From Candidatus Limnocylindria bacterium (GTDB taxonomy: Bacteria > Chloroflexota > Limnocylindria > QHBO01), in contig DASWIE010000062.1 of assembly GCA_036397815.1 (NCBI GenBank), positions 4,397 to 68,396 of the forward strand: a stretch of DNA of 64,000 nt, given 5' to 3'. Position 1 is the first letter of the stretch; every line of letters starts with the position of its first letter. Under the pieces are notes generated by a model. That model worked only from the letters and a program-made list of their open reading frames with translations. It made no database searches and was not told the DNA's origin. The translations under genes were made by a program, and so were the position numbers. Positions 9,427 to 19,891 of the stretch are shown in pieces.

Positions 9427-10275
9427 TCAGACGAAGACGATCTCGACGGTGAGAGGGAGGACCTCACCGGGGTCCAGCATCGTCAATCCGCCCGGCTCGC
9501 CGTTGAGCGTGCGGCGCAGGCCCTGCGGCGCGTGGGTCTGCGGTTCCACGGCAGTGGCATCGAGGTGGTTGGGGCTCGCCGCGACCACATACCTGCTCGG
9601 AGCGCTGATCCGCATCGCTGCGCGAATGCCGAGGTTTGGCCAGCGCAGCTCGACGGGCACATCGGCCAGGTGTGTCCAGGTCGCGTCGAGGTCTGCCGCC
9701 ATCTCGCCCATCTCACGGAGATCGAACGGTCCGTTCACCGGCTCGGGTTGCGGCTCGCTGGAGGTGTTCACCGTGTGCACCACGTCGCCACGGATGGCGA
9801 CGAGCAGCGGACGGCGGAACCATGGATGAAGACCGATGCCGGCCGGCATCGGATCGCTGGCAAGGTTGGTCAGCGTCTGCTCGAAGCGGACCGATCGATC
9901 GACGATCGCAACGTGAAGGCCGACCTCGTACTCCCACGGCCAGCCGTCACCACCAGCTCGGATCAGGAACCGACCCTCGTCGGCTCGCACCCATGGCCGC
10001 GCGTAGACCTGGCCATGGATCGCAGAGCCATCGGGGAAATTGGCATCCAGCGCCACCCGTCGCGACCCGACGTTGACCACGCCCGCTTCGATCCGGTTGC
10101 ACCACGGGGCCATGACGTACGCGCCCCAGGAGAATGGATCGCGAGCGTGATCTGACGGGTCTCCAGGCGTGCGGAGGAGGTCGTGACCGTCAACGCGCAG
10201 ACGGTGGAGGCGGGCCCCGACGTGGGGCAGGATGACCGCCTCGATGGTGTCGTCGCCAATCCGCACGTGCTCCAT
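9427..10275 (-). CDS. Aldose 1-epimerase (galactose mutarotase-like) family protein
   Basis: 282 aa. Family-typical N-terminal pattern (ILPHVGARLHRLRVDGHDLL, SWGAYVMAPWCNRI) and beta-sandwich-like composition. Confidence 0.7.
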   Translation of the reverse strand: MEHVRIGDDTIEAVILPHVGARLHRLRVDGHDLLRTPGDPSDHARDPFSWGAYVMAPWCNRIEAGVVNVGSRRVALDANFPDGSAIHGQVYARPWVRADEGRFLIRAGGDGWPWEYEVGLHVAIVDRSVRFEQTLTNLASDPMPAGIGLHPWFRRPLLVAIRGDVVHTVNTSSEPQPEPVNGPFDLREMGEMAADLDATWTHLADVPVELRWPNLGIRAAMRISAPSRYVVAASPNHLDATAVEPQTHAPQGLRRTLNGEPGGLTMLDPGEVLPLTVEIVFV

Positions 10276-10290
10276 CAGATGCGGCGAGGA

Positions 10291-11682
10291 CTAGACCGCC
10301 AGGGTCATGGCCCGATCGGGCCGGAGGAGAAAGGGCGGCAGGTAGGCGGGGATGTTCGAGAAGGGAAGCACATCGGGATGCAGGTCGATGCCGAGCGCGG
10401 CGTTCATGAAACGACGCCTCGCCTCGATGCGTGCCCAGGCGGCCGGGAAGCGTTCGGCCAGCGCCCTGCGGAGCGACCCATCTGCGAGCGCAACGCCGTC
10501 CTCGATGTTCGTTGTGAAGTAATCGGTCCCGGTGGCGGGGATGATGTCCACCTGCAGGGCCATGCCCGAGCGAAGCTCGATCTCCGATCCAGGCGCGATC
10601 GGCGAGTTCACCCACTCGTCGAGATGGATCTGGTGGCCTGGATTCAGGAAGACGCCGAAGAACGGATCGCCCAGATGGCGATCGATGATCTCGTGGAGGG
10701 CACCTCCGGTCTGGCCGATGTGGAGCGCGGCATACCACTCCGCCACGGCCGTGAAGTACGGCGCCACCAGGCGCTCGACGTAGTCGCCGACAGCGGCCGG
10801 CAGGTTGGCCGCATCCTCGACCACGAAGCCGGCCCGGCAGTTGAGCGCCCCCCAGATGCCGAAAGCGACCGTGAACGGGTCCCGATGCTCGATCCTCCGG
10901 TCGCTTGGGCTGAGGAGCCCGAGCGCGGCGCGCGGCCCGGCGGTGAGCATCAAGTGGCAGGAGAGCGGCCACCCGTTCCAGCCGAGGAGCGCCACCGCCT
11001 CGCGCTCGGTCAGGCCGGGTTTCAGGCCCCAGATGAGCTTTCGCACACCGTTCGAGGTCTGGCAGGCGGCCCACTCCATGGCGGCCAGCTGCTCGACCTC
11101 GTTCACGACCCGCAGGCCGTCGGCGGCATCGATCAGGAGGTCGGTCGCATTCTCGACCGACGCGGTCCCGCCCGTGACGCGGCGCAGCTCGTCGATGAGG
11201 TACGCGGGCGCATCCATCGCCTCGCGGCCGCCATACGTCTTCCAGCCGACTACCCCAACCGGCGTGCCCCGCCCGATCCCCTCCTCGGCGAGAATCGCTG
11301 CCAGCGCGCGCGAGCGATCTCGCGGCTGGCTCGGCAGGCTGAGGTCCTGGAAAAGGTGGCGGCGCATCGGCAGCGGGGCGGCGCCGGCCATGCCGAAGCA
11401 TTCGTTCCCGACCAGGATCGCCGGGTCGCCGGTCGGGCTCACGACCAACACTGCCTCCTCGAAGCGCGGGTCGAAGCCGGTCAGGTAGGCGAGGTTGGCG
11501 CTGTGCTCGCGATCGGCATAGACCACCACCCGGTCGTGGCCACGCGCATCGGCCCGCTCCCGCAGCCGCTCCAGCCGCTCCTCGTAGAGCGCGGATGACA
11601 GCTCCGGCATCGCATCCGGCATGCCGAAATCCGGGAGCGTCACGCCGGTCAGGCGCGCCTCCGTCAAGGCAGCGGTTGCCAT
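10291..11682 (-). CDS. M24-fold (creatinase / Xaa-Pro aminopeptidase-like) protein
   Basis: 463 aa. Creatinase_N-like N-terminus (HDRVVVYADREHSANLAYLTGFDP). The C-terminal pita-bread-like segment is only loosely canonical (NPGHQIHLDEW, GMALQVDIIP, NIEDGVAL). Confidence 0.6.
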   Translation of the reverse strand: MATAALTEARLTGVTLPDFGMPDAMPELSSALYEERLERLRERADARGHDRVVVYADREHSANLAYLTGFDPRFEEAVLVVSPTGDPAILVGNECFGMAGAAPLPMRRHLFQDLSLPSQPRDRSRALAAILAEEGIGRGTPVGVVGWKTYGGREAMDAPAYLIDELRRVTGGTASVENATDLLIDAADGLRVVNEVEQLAAMEWAACQTSNGVRKLIWGLKPGLTEREAVALLGWNGWPLSCHLMLTAGPRAALGLLSPSDRRIEHRDPFTVAFGIWGALNCRAGFVVEDAANLPAAVGDYVERLVAPYFTAVAEWYAALHIGQTGGALHEIIDRHLGDPFFGVFLNPGHQIHLDEWVNSPIAPGSEIELRSGMALQVDIIPATGTDYFTTNIEDGVALADGSLRRALAERFPAAWARIEARRRFMNAALGIDLHPDVLPFSNIPAYLPPFLLRPDRAMTLAV

Positions 11683-13331
11683 GGACGTGGCTCTGTTGCG
11701 CCGCGCTCGACAACGACGAACCCGTTCGCCTCGACCTCGATGGCCTGCCCAACCTCACCGTCCGGCCAGCGGACGGTGATCGAGGCGCGATCGGCCTCGC
11801 CGAGCCCAAAGTGGATCCAGCCCAGCTGGCCGCCCGCGTGCCCACCGCCAACCGTCACCTCGCGGCTGATCGTGCGCTCCGCGGCCTTGACCTCGACCCA
11901 CGCGCCGATAGCGTCGCGGTTCGCGCCGTTCTCCTCCAGCCGCAGCGCGATCCAGTTGCCCATCGGCTCGGGGGCCTCCGCGGTGCCGGACCCGACGTTG
12001 CGCCAGAGCGACACGTTCTCGCGCCGGTTCACCACGATCAGGTCGAGCAGCCCGTCCAGGTTGAAGTCGGCGAGCGCGGCCCCGCGCGCGCGAGCGAAGC
12101 TGACGATGCCGGCCGCGAGTGCGCCCTCCACGAAGGTGCCGTCGGCCTGCCCGATCAGCAGGTTGCTCGGGTCGCGGGCCGCATATTCGGTCATGGCCTC
12201 GACGTTGCCCTTGGCGACGAACAGGTCCATGTAGCCATCGTTGTTGGCGTCCTGGAACTCCGCGTGCCACCCGGTCGATCGCTGGGTGGTGTCGCCCTGG
12301 TACGGGCGATGCGCGGTGGCTCCCCGAAGAAGGGCGATATTCTCGTACCGCGGCTGGGTAGCGTCGCCGGCCAGGGTCTCGAGCTTGTTGTCGCCCTGGC
12401 TGGTCAGATAGACCTCTGGGTACCCGTCGCCGGTCAGGTCCTGGCTGGCGATGCCCATGCCCGATATCCGCATCGTCTGCCATCCCTCGTCGTGGGTCCA
12501 TAGGCGTGGAGTCTCGCCGGCGACCACGCGCCACAGCTGCTCCTCGCCGCCGCGATAGTAGTGCCGGTCGTTCGACATCCGGAGGTCGCCCCGGCCGGAG
12601 CGGTCCCAGTCGCTGAAGAGGATCGAGAGGGCGCAGTAACCGGGCGAGAGCGGAGCCGGCGGCGCGTAGCCACCTCCCGATGGAGCCGGACGAACGAGCT
12701 CGCTGTCGTCGCAGTCGTAGGTCCGCTCGACGACCGAGTCCACCGTGAGGTAGTTCCCGAAGGCCATGGTGGGGAGTGACGCGGACCCCTCCCACATCGC
12801 GCTGAATGCCGCGGTCCAGGCGGTGCCGCCGTCATAGCCCCACCGCTCGTTCGCGCGCTCGAAGCGGCAGTCACCAGTGCCGCGCAAGAGGACGTTCTCA
12901 CCGACGCGCAGGACCGCCAGGTCCGGGATAGCGTCTCCATCGACGTCGAGGGGATAGGCGCCCGTCACGCCGGTGAGATCGGTTGAGGGGTCGTGGAGCG
13001 TCGAGAAGCGGAGCTCCGCGCCCGGCGGGCTGTCGTTGCGGTAGAGGGTCGCCGGTTGCGAGCCGCCGGCGAGGTAGACGTCCTGGCGTCCATCGCCGTC
13101 GCAGTCGAAGACGGCCACGCCGCCACCCACGAAGAACATGAACTCGCCGTCGTAGTGGTGGTCGATCCCAGCCGCGGCCGCCTCCTCGACGAAACGCGGC
13201 GCCGGCAGGGCGTCTGCCGGAGTCGCCCGCGGGAACCGCCCGAAGCCGAGTGCGAGGCCGATGATGACCAGTGGCAGGCCGAGAAGGGCGGCCGCGATCA
13301 AAGCGCTCCGTCGACGGGTCACGGCCGGCAT
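11664..13331 (-). CDS. CRTAC1-family FG-GAP/VCBS repeat protein with an ASPIC/UnbV-like C-terminus
   Basis: 555 aa with an N-terminal TM/signal. Repeated DxDGDG-type calcium-loop motifs (FDCDGDGRQDVYL, LDVDGDAIPDLAV, QDLTGDGYPEVYL, QDANNDGYMDLFV, ADFNLDGLLDLIV). C-terminal motif GGGHAGGQLGWIHFGLG. Confidence 0.8.
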   Translation of the reverse strand: MPAVTRRRSALIAAALLGLPLVIIGLALGFGRFPRATPADALPAPRFVEEAAAAGIDHHYDGEFMFFVGGGVAVFDCDGDGRQDVYLAGGSQPATLYRNDSPPGAELRFSTLHDPSTDLTGVTGAYPLDVDGDAIPDLAVLRVGENVLLRGTGDCRFERANERWGYDGGTAWTAAFSAMWEGSASLPTMAFGNYLTVDSVVERTYDCDDSELVRPAPSGGGYAPPAPLSPGYCALSILFSDWDRSGRGDLRMSNDRHYYRGGEEQLWRVVAGETPRLWTHDEGWQTMRISGMGIASQDLTGDGYPEVYLTSQGDNKLETLAGDATQPRYENIALLRGATAHRPYQGDTTQRSTGWHAEFQDANNDGYMDLFVAKGNVEAMTEYAARDPSNLLIGQADGTFVEGALAAGIVSFARARGAALADFNLDGLLDLIVVNRRENVSLWRNVGSGTAEAPEPMGNWIALRLEENGANRDAIGAWVEVKAAERTISREVTVGGGHAGGQLGWIHFGLGEADRASITVRWPDGEVGQAIEVEANGFVVVERGATEPRPWQPLP

Positions 13332-13395
13332 TGAATCACATCGGATCAGGCCCCTTCGAGAGGTTCAGATATCATGCTCCGCCTCCGACCGGGCG

Positions 13396-15294
13396 ATGGA
13401 GGAGGCCATCATCCGCAAGCCACAGTGGCCGCTGTCCCGAGCATTACCCCGAACCAGCGGGGCGCTCGTCCTCACCCTTGCCCTGGCATTGCCGGGATGC
13501 AGCACCGATCGGCCCTACCTCGTCCATGACTGCGAACGGCAGGACATGGGTAGGCATTCGGTGGCCCGCGTGTGGGACGAGCAGGTGCTAGCCCTCATCC
13601 GCCAGGTGGTGCCGGCGCCGACCGTCCATGCCCGGAACCTCTTCCACACGTCGGCGGCGATGTGGGACGCCTGGGCGGCATACGATTCCGAAGCGGACGG
13701 CTACTTCGTCACCGAGAAGGTGCAGGCCGACGACGTCGCCGCGGCGCGCGAGGCGGCCATCAGCTTTGCGGCCTACCGGATCCTCCTGTGGCGCTATGCA
13801 ACCGTGGCCGATCTGGACGTCGCGACCGAGCAGCTGGACGCCACGATGGCGTCTCTCTGCTACCGGACCGACTTCACCAGCACCGATGGCGACTCGCCGG
13901 GGGCGCTCGGCAATCGCATCGCGGCGGCGGTGATCGAGTACGGACGCGACGACGGCTCCCTGGAGGACGAGCGCTACGTCGATTCGGCGTACCAGCCGCT
14001 CAACGATCCGCTGCCGGTGGCGGATCCGGGGACGGTCATGGTGGACCCCAACCGCTGGCAACCCCTGGCCCTCGCGGAGCAGATTTCGCAGAATGGCCTG
14101 CCGATCCCCGGGCAGGTGCAGACGTTCATCGGACCGCATTGGGGTCACGTGAAGTCTTTCGCCCTGCCAGCATCGTCGGCCGAAGGCGTGCCCATCGACC
14201 CGGGCCCTCCTCCGCGCCTCGCCGATCCGACGACCGATACCGATTTCAAGCAGGCGGCGCTAGACGTGATCCGCTTCAGCAGCGAGCTCGACTCGGCCGA
14301 CGGCGTGACGATCGACATCGGACCGGGCTCGGTGGGCTCCAATTCGTTGGGCACCAACGACGGGAACGGATACGACGAGAACCCGGCCACCGGCGAGCCC
14401 TATGCGCCCAACGAAGTGCTGCGGGCCGACTTCGCGCGGGTCCTGGCTGAATATTGGGCGGATGGGCCGAAGTCGGAGACCCCGCCCGGCCATTGGAACG
14501 CCATTGCGAACGCAGTTTCCTACGCGGCCGATCTCGAGCTCCGAATCGGCGGCCAGGGCGCTCAGGTCGACCGGCTCGAATGGGACGTGAAGATGTACTT
14601 CGCCCTCAACGGCGCGGTGCACGACGCGGCCATCGCCGCCTGGGGGCTCAAGGGCTCCTACGACTCGGCGCGCCCGATCTCCATGATCCGCTACATGGGC
14701 GGCAAGGGACAGTCGTCCGATCCCGCCGGCCCAGCCTACGACCCGGACGGCCTGCCGCTGGAGCCTGGGCTCGTCGAGGTCGTCACCGATGCGTCGAGCG
14801 CCACGGGCGAGCGGCACGCGCACCTTGCCGATCATGTCGGCGAGATTGCCGTCCGGTCCTGGCTCGGCTTCCCGAAGGATCCGACGACCCAGACAAGCGG
14901 CGTCGGATGGATCCTTGCCGTCAACTGGGTGCCGTACCAGCGGGCGACGTTTGTGACGCCCGCCTTCGCGGGATACGTGTCGGGACACAGCACCTTCAGC
15001 CGTGCCGCCGCCGAGGTGCTGACCGAGTTCACCGGCAGCCCGTTCTTCCCGGGGGGCCTGTCCGAGTGGCGTGTTCCTGCAGGGGAGCTGCTTCATGAGG
15101 AAGGGCCGACCGCCGACACGACCCTCCAATGGGCCACGTACTACGACGCCGCCGACCAGGCCGGCATCTCGCGGCTCTTCATGGGCATCCACATCACTGC
15201 CGACGATCTTGAGGGTCGCCAGATCGGCTCCATCTGCGGCACGGACGCCTGGACGTTGGCACTGCGCTACTTCGACGGGTCCGCGCGAACCTGA
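13396..15294 (+). CDS. PAP2-superfamily / vanadium-dependent haloperoxidase-like lipoprotein
   Basis: Start set at ATG 13396, giving a lipobox (LALALPGC). C-terminal motifs are K-x6-RP (KGSYDSARP), SGHS (YVSGHSTFS) and SR-x5-H-x3-D (SRLFMGIHITADD). Confidence 0.75.
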   Translation: MEEAIIRKPQWPLSRALPRTSGALVLTLALALPGCSTDRPYLVHDCERQDMGRHSVARVWDEQVLALIRQVVPAPTVHARNLFHTSAAMWDAWAAYDSEADGYFVTEKVQADDVAAAREAAISFAAYRILLWRYATVADLDVATEQLDATMASLCYRTDFTSTDGDSPGALGNRIAAAVIEYGRDDGSLEDERYVDSAYQPLNDPLPVADPGTVMVDPNRWQPLALAEQISQNGLPIPGQVQTFIGPHWGHVKSFALPASSAEGVPIDPGPPPRLADPTTDTDFKQAALDVIRFSSELDSADGVTIDIGPGSVGSNSLGTNDGNGYDENPATGEPYAPNEVLRADFARVLAEYWADGPKSETPPGHWNAIANAVSYAADLELRIGGQGAQVDRLEWDVKMYFALNGAVHDAAIAAWGLKGSYDSARPISMIRYMGGKGQSSDPAGPAYDPDGLPLEPGLVEVVTDASSATGERHAHLADHVGEIAVRSWLGFPKDPTTQTSGVGWILAVNWVPYQRATFVTPAFAGYVSGHSTFSRAAAEVLTEFTGSPFFPGGLSEWRVPAGELLHEEGPTADTTLQWATYYDAADQAGISRLFMGIHITADDLEGRQIGSICGTDAWTLALRYFDGSART

Positions 15295-15306
15295 ACTGCC
15301 GGGGCG

Positions 15307-16296
15307 TCAGCCGCGGTCGCCGGCTTCGAATATGCGCTCGATCACGCGCAGGTTGGCCACCGCGTCCTCGGGCGGGACGGGCGTCGGGAGGTCGTCCAGC
15401 ACCGCGCTGGCGAACCGCCCGGCCTCGACCGCATAGGGATCCGCCGTCTCGAATGTGAGGACCTCGGTGTGCGGCGCCACCGGGGGGTCGCCGCCTGAAG
15501 TGACGAAGACCTGCGTGGGCCGGTCGGGCGGGATGTTGAACGGAATGCCGATCGAGATGCGGCCCTCGCTGCCGTAGATGTCGACCCGCTGATCGTCCTC
15601 GAGTCGTGTCGAGCAGGTGAAGGTGGCGGTCCCCGTTGCGAACTCCAGGATCGCGCTGGTCAGGACATCGACGCCAGAGCTCGGGTCGCGGGTGATTGAC
15701 GCATCAACACGGATCGGCTCGGCGACGAAGAGCATGCGCGACAGGTTGACCGAGTAGCAGCCGATGTCGTAGAGGGCGCCCCCGCCCGCGGCGAGGTTGT
15801 TGCGGATGTTCGTCGGGTCGTCATTGAAGAACGAGAACCAGCTCTGTACGCTCGTCAATCGCCCGATACGCCCCGACGCCACCAGCGCACGAACGGCAAC
15901 CCAGGAGGGGTGCAGGCGATACATGAACGCCTCCATCAGGCGCACACCCTCGGCACGGCAGACGTCGATCATCCGCAGCGCGTCGGCGGCGCTCAAAGCC
16001 AGCGGCTTCTCGCAGAGAACGTGCTTGCCGGCGCGAGCCGCCGCAATCGTCCATTCCGCATGCAGATGGTTGGGCAGCGGAATGTAGACCGCGTCCACGG
16101 CCGGGTCGGCGAGCAGCGACTCGTACGAGTCGTGGGCGATGGGAATCCCCAGCTCATCGGCCACGACACGGGCCCTGGCGGCGTCCCGAGAGGCGATTGC
16201 CACCACCTCGCAGCGTTGCGCCGCCTTGATTCCGGGAATGACCTTCGACCGGGCGATGTCGGCGGTCGACAGGACCCCCCAGCGGAGGGACGTCAT
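15307..16296 (-). CDS. Gfo/Idh/MocA family oxidoreductase
   Basis: 329 aa. Rossmann N-terminus (LRWGVLSTADIARSKVIPG) and the EKP motif (HVLCEKPLALS). Confidence 0.85.
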   Translation of the reverse strand: MTSLRWGVLSTADIARSKVIPGIKAAQRCEVVAIASRDAARARVVADELGIPIAHDSYESLLADPAVDAVYIPLPNHLHAEWTIAAARAGKHVLCEKPLALSAADALRMIDVCRAEGVRLMEAFMYRLHPSWVAVRALVASGRIGRLTSVQSWFSFFNDDPTNIRNNLAAGGGALYDIGCYSVNLSRMLFVAEPIRVDASITRDPSSGVDVLTSAILEFATGTATFTCSTRLEDDQRVDIYGSEGRISIGIPFNIPPDRPTQVFVTSGGDPPVAPHTEVLTFETADPYAVEAGRFASAVLDDLPTPVPPEDAVANLRVIERIFEAGDRG

Positions 16297-16332
16297 CAGG
16301 CGCTCATCCCCATGCCCTCACGGTCTGACACC

Positions 16333-16359
16333 TTGACATGTGCCGTCGCGACGTATGAG
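16333..16359 (+). promoter_or_regulatory. Candidate promoter for the xylF operon
   Basis: TTGACA at 16333-16338 and TATGAG at 16354-16359. The 15-nt spacer is shorter than optimal. Lies in the 182-bp divergent gap upstream of xylF. Confidence 0.3.
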
Positions 16360-16478
16360 TCTACGACCCCGAAGCTCGACGCGGCCGATCAGCGCGTGGG
16401 GCTTGAACGAGGATGTAGCCTACTGCGAGCCGCGCCATCGCCGATGGACGTGTCCAACGAACGGAGGAGAGCAAGAAG

Positions 16479-17660
16479 ATGGTCCCTCGAAGATTCGCCG
16501 CGACCCTCGGGGCAGCCGCGATCCTCCTGGCCGCCTGCACGTCAGCCTCGCCTGGCGCGTCCGAGGAGCCTGGAGAGTCAGCCGCGGCGTCCGCAGCCGC
16601 CGACTGCACCGTCGCCGTCTCGTGGAACAACTTCCAGCAGCCGCGCTGGGCGGCCAAGGACAAGCCGAACATCCAGGAAACGGTTGAGGCGGGCGGCGGA
16701 ACCTACATCGACGCCGATGCCAACCTCGACACCGTCCAGCAGCTGACGGACGTTGAATCGCTGATCGGGCAGGGGGCGGACGTCCTCATTCTGCTCGCTC
16801 AGGACACTGCCGGGGTTGGGCCCGCCCTGGAGACGGCCGCCAACGCAGGCGTTCCGGTCATCGCCTATGACCGCCTGATCGAGGATCCGAGCGTCCTCTA
16901 CATCACGTTCGACAACGTGGGCGTCGGCAGGGCAGAGGCCGAGGCGATGTTCGAAGCGGTGCCGTCCGGAAACTACGTCCTGATCAAGGGAGACCCGGGC
17001 GACCCGAATGCCTCCACCTTCCTGCCCTCGGGCTGGGATGAGGCAGGCCTCCAGGACAAGATCGATTCGGGCGAGATCACCATCGTCGATGACCAGTTCA
17101 CCGACGCTTGGAGCACCCAGACCGCACAGGACAACATGGAAGCGATCATCGACTCGGCCAACGCGGATGGTGTCGAGATCGACGCGGTGCTGGCGGAGAA
17201 TGACAGCACTGCGTTGGGTGTTGTGGCCGCTCTTCAGGCCAAGGGTTACGACCCCATCCCGGTCAGTGGCCAGGATGGCGACACGGCAAACCTGCAGAAC
17301 GTGGCCAAGGGACTCCAGTACGTCGACGTCTGGAAGGACGCCAACGAACTGGGCAAGGTCGCGGGCGCAGCGGCGCTGGCGCTGTGCGCAGGCACGGACA
17401 TGGCTTCGCTGACGATCCCCGACGGGTTGATCAACGACGATGTCGCACCGACGGCTGGCCTCACCGCCGCGGAGTTCACGACCCCGGGACCGGACGGAGA
17501 GCCGGACTCGGGCGACGAGAGCGTCGTCACGTCGTTCATCCTCCAGCCACAGCCCATCACGGCCGAGAACCTCGACCTGATTCTCGACTCGGGATGGCTC
17601 ACGAAGGACGTCCTCTGTGAGGGCGTCGACGCGGCCTCGGCACCGGCCGCCTGCCAGTAG
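16479..17660 (+). CDS. xylF: D-xylose ABC transporter substrate-binding lipoprotein
   Basis: 393 aa with a lipoprotein signal (ILLAAC). Near-colinear with XylF-type periplasmic binding proteins (AYDRLIEDPSVLYITFDNVGVG, GNYVLIKGDPGDPNA, IDAVLAENDSTALG, VSGQDGD). Next to xylHG and xylBA. Confidence 0.85.
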   Translation: MVPRRFAATLGAAAILLAACTSASPGASEEPGESAAASAAADCTVAVSWNNFQQPRWAAKDKPNIQETVEAGGGTYIDADANLDTVQQLTDVESLIGQGADVLILLAQDTAGVGPALETAANAGVPVIAYDRLIEDPSVLYITFDNVGVGRAEAEAMFEAVPSGNYVLIKGDPGDPNASTFLPSGWDEAGLQDKIDSGEITIVDDQFTDAWSTQTAQDNMEAIIDSANADGVEIDAVLAENDSTALGVVAALQAKGYDPIPVSGQDGDTANLQNVAKGLQYVDVWKDANELGKVAGAAALALCAGTDMASLTIPDGLINDDVAPTAGLTAAEFTTPGPDGEPDSGDESVVTSFILQPQPITAENLDLILDSGWLTKDVLCEGVDAASAPAACQ

Positions 17661-17684
17661 CCGACCGGCGGAGACGACCTTGAT

Positions 17685-17723
17685 GGCGCCCTGCGTCGTG
17701 GGATTGCCCCGGCGCAGGGCGCC
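17685..17723 (+). terminator. Intercistronic stem-loop after xylF (attenuator or mRNA stabiliser candidate)
   Basis: GGCGCCCTGCG (17685-17695) pairs perfectly with CGCAGGGCGCC (17713-17723) around a 17-nt loop. No U-tract follows. Confidence 0.45.
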
Positions 17724-17753
17724 TCCTGATTCCCGGCAACGAGGGGCTCCTCC

Positions 17754-19079
17754 GTGGCAGATGCCCTGACCGGCGCTCCTGCTCCGACGCAGGAGGCCAA
17801 TCGCGACTCACACCGGATTCGCGGCGCGCTGGCGGCGACCGAGATCGACCTCCGGCTGTTCGGGATGCTGATCGCGCTGGCTGGCATCCTGTTCGGCTTC
17901 CACATCATGTCCGGCGGGAAGCTCGTCCAGCCGGCGAACATGGTCACGCTGGTTGTTCAGGCCTCCGGCGTGGCGATCATGGCCACCGGCATGGTCCTGA
18001 TCATCGTCTCCAGGAACATCGACCTGTCAGTCGGCTCGATCGTCGGCGTGGTCGCGATGTCGTACGCCCTGCTGATGACCGATTGGCTGCCCGCGCTCGG
18101 CATCGGGTTGGACAGCCCCCTCCAATGGCTGGTGGCGCTTGCCATCGGGCTCGGCATCGGCGCGCTCATCGGGGGCTTCCAGGGTTTCCTCATTGCCTAT
18201 GTCGGCATCCCGTCCTTCATCGTGACGCTTGGCGGCCTCCTGTCGCTGCGCGGCTCCGTCTGGCTGTTGTCGAGCGGCGCTGCCGTCTCGGGTCTTCAGA
18301 CCGAATTTCGTAAGATCGGCGGCGGCGTGCTGGGCTCGATCGGAGAAACGGCAACGTGGGCGGTCGCGGGCGTCGCCTGCATCGCCATCATCGGTCTGAT
18401 TGTCTACAACCGAAGGCAGCGACGTCGCTTTGGCTTCCCCGTGCGGCCAATGTGGGCCGAGGTGCTGCTCGGCGCGATCGGCTGCGCGGCCGCGATCGGC
18501 CTGTCGGCGTTTGCGAATTCGAGCTACCTGCCGGCCGGCCTCGCCACGCAGTACGCGGTGGAGCACGGAATCACGGAGCCACCCGGCGGCCTGAAGGTGC
18601 CCCTCGGCTTCCCGTGGCCGATCCTGCTCGTCATTGGTGTCACGCTGGCCATGACCTTCCTGGCCACCCGCAGGCGATTCGGCCGCTACGTCTACGCCTA
18701 CGGCGGAAACCCCGATGCTGCCGAGCTGGCCGGGATCAACACGCGCTGGACGATCATGAAGACCTTCATCCTCATGGGCGTGCTGTGCGCCATAGCCGCC
18801 GCGATCGGCTCGGCGCGGCTCAATGGGGCCACCCTCGACGTCGGCCAGAGTGACGAGCTGTACGTCATTGCCGCCGCGGTGGTGGGCGGGACATCGTTCG
18901 CCGGGGGCATCGGCACCATTCCCGGCGCTGTCCTGGGCGCATTCGTGATGCAGTCGCTTGCCTACGGGTTGAGCTTCAATGGCGTGAACTCGCCGACCCA
19001 GAACGTGGTCGCCGGAATCGTGCTGATCATCGCGGTCGGGTTAGACACCTACAACCGCAGGAGGGGATCCACGCGATGA
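17754..19079 (+). CDS. xylH: Sugar (xylose) ABC transporter permease
   Basis: 441 aa. GTG start. Multi-TM CUT2-type permease (BPD_transp_2-like). 4-nt overlap with the downstream ATPase gene. Confidence 0.8.
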   Translation: MADALTGAPAPTQEANRDSHRIRGALAATEIDLRLFGMLIALAGILFGFHIMSGGKLVQPANMVTLVVQASGVAIMATGMVLIIVSRNIDLSVGSIVGVVAMSYALLMTDWLPALGIGLDSPLQWLVALAIGLGIGALIGGFQGFLIAYVGIPSFIVTLGGLLSLRGSVWLLSSGAAVSGLQTEFRKIGGGVLGSIGETATWAVAGVACIAIIGLIVYNRRQRRRFGFPVRPMWAEVLLGAIGCAAAIGLSAFANSSYLPAGLATQYAVEHGITEPPGGLKVPLGFPWPILLVIGVTLAMTFLATRRRFGRYVYAYGGNPDAAELAGINTRWTIMKTFILMGVLCAIAAAIGSARLNGATLDVGQSDELYVIAAAVVGGTSFAGGIGTIPGAVLGAFVMQSLAYGLSFNGVNSPTQNVVAGIVLIIAVGLDTYNRRRGSTR

Positions 19080-19879
19080 GCGAGGCAGCGACGGCCACGA
19101 CTGAGCGCGTGCCGCTTGTCGAGATGCGGAACATCCGGGTGGCGTTCGGCGGCGTCCACGCGGTCGACGACGTGAGCATCGATCTGAATGCGGGCGAGGT
19201 GGTCGGGCTGGTGGGCGGCAACGGCGCCGGCAAGTCCACGCTCATGCGCGCGCTATCAGGCGCCCACCGCGCCGACTCCGGCGAGATCCTGATCGGTGGG
19301 CAGCCCAGGACGATCAGCAACCCGCGTGACGCCAAGGCGTTCAACATCGAGACGATCTACCAGCAGCTGGCGCTGGCCGACAACGTCGACGCGCCCGCAA
19401 ACGTGTTCCTCGGCCGCGAGATGATCTCGCACCTGGGGAATCTGGACGACGGGGCCATGGAGGACGCCTGCCGGAAGGTGATGGGCCGGCTGAACCCGAA
19501 CTTCAAGCGTTTCGCGACGCCGGTGAAGACGCTGTCGGGCGGGCAGCGCCAGGCGGTCGCCATCGCCCGGGCCGTCTACTTCAACGCAAGGATCATGATC
19601 ATGGACGAGCCGACCGCAGCCCTCGGCCCGGCTGAGACGGCACAGGTGCGCGATCTCATCCGGCAGCTCAAGACCGAGGGCATCGGCATCTTCCTGATCA
19701 GCCACGACATCCACGACGTGTTCGACCTCTCGGACAGGATCAGCGTGATGTATCACGGTCGCCTGGTGGGGACGATGAACAAGGACGACGTCGACACCGA
19801 CGACGTGCTGGCCATGATCATCCTGGGCAAGAAGCCCGAAGAAGCGTCCCGCGAGGAGCTGGCCGAGCTCAAGATCTGA
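19076..19879 (+). CDS. xylG: Sugar (xylose) ABC transporter ATP-binding protein, single ABC domain
   Basis: 267 aa. Walker [10 protein letters not shown], signature LSGGQRQ, Walker B IMIMDEPT. Half the size of E. coli-type XylG. Confidence 0.7.
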   Translation: MSEAATATTERVPLVEMRNIRVAFGGVHAVDDVSIDLNAGEVVGLVGGNGAGKSTLMRALSGAHRADSGEILIGGQPRTISNPRDAKAFNIETIYQQLALADNVDAPANVFLGREMISHLGNLDDGAMEDACRKVMGRLNPNFKRFATPVKTLSGGQRQAVAIARAVYFNARIMIMDEPTAALGPAETAQVRDLIRQLKTEGIGIFLISHDIHDVFDLSDRISVMYHGRLVGTMNKDDVDTDDVLAMIILGKKPEEASREELAELKI

Positions 19880-19891
19880 GCCGAACTCCAA

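Noticed and set aside
19076-19879. XylG-like ATPase considered a truncated pseudogene because it has one ABC domain rather than two
   Set aside because: Walker A, the signature and Walker B are all intact. The gene overlaps xylH by 4 nt and ends at a clean stop. Half-size CUT2 ATPases (FrcA-type) are known.
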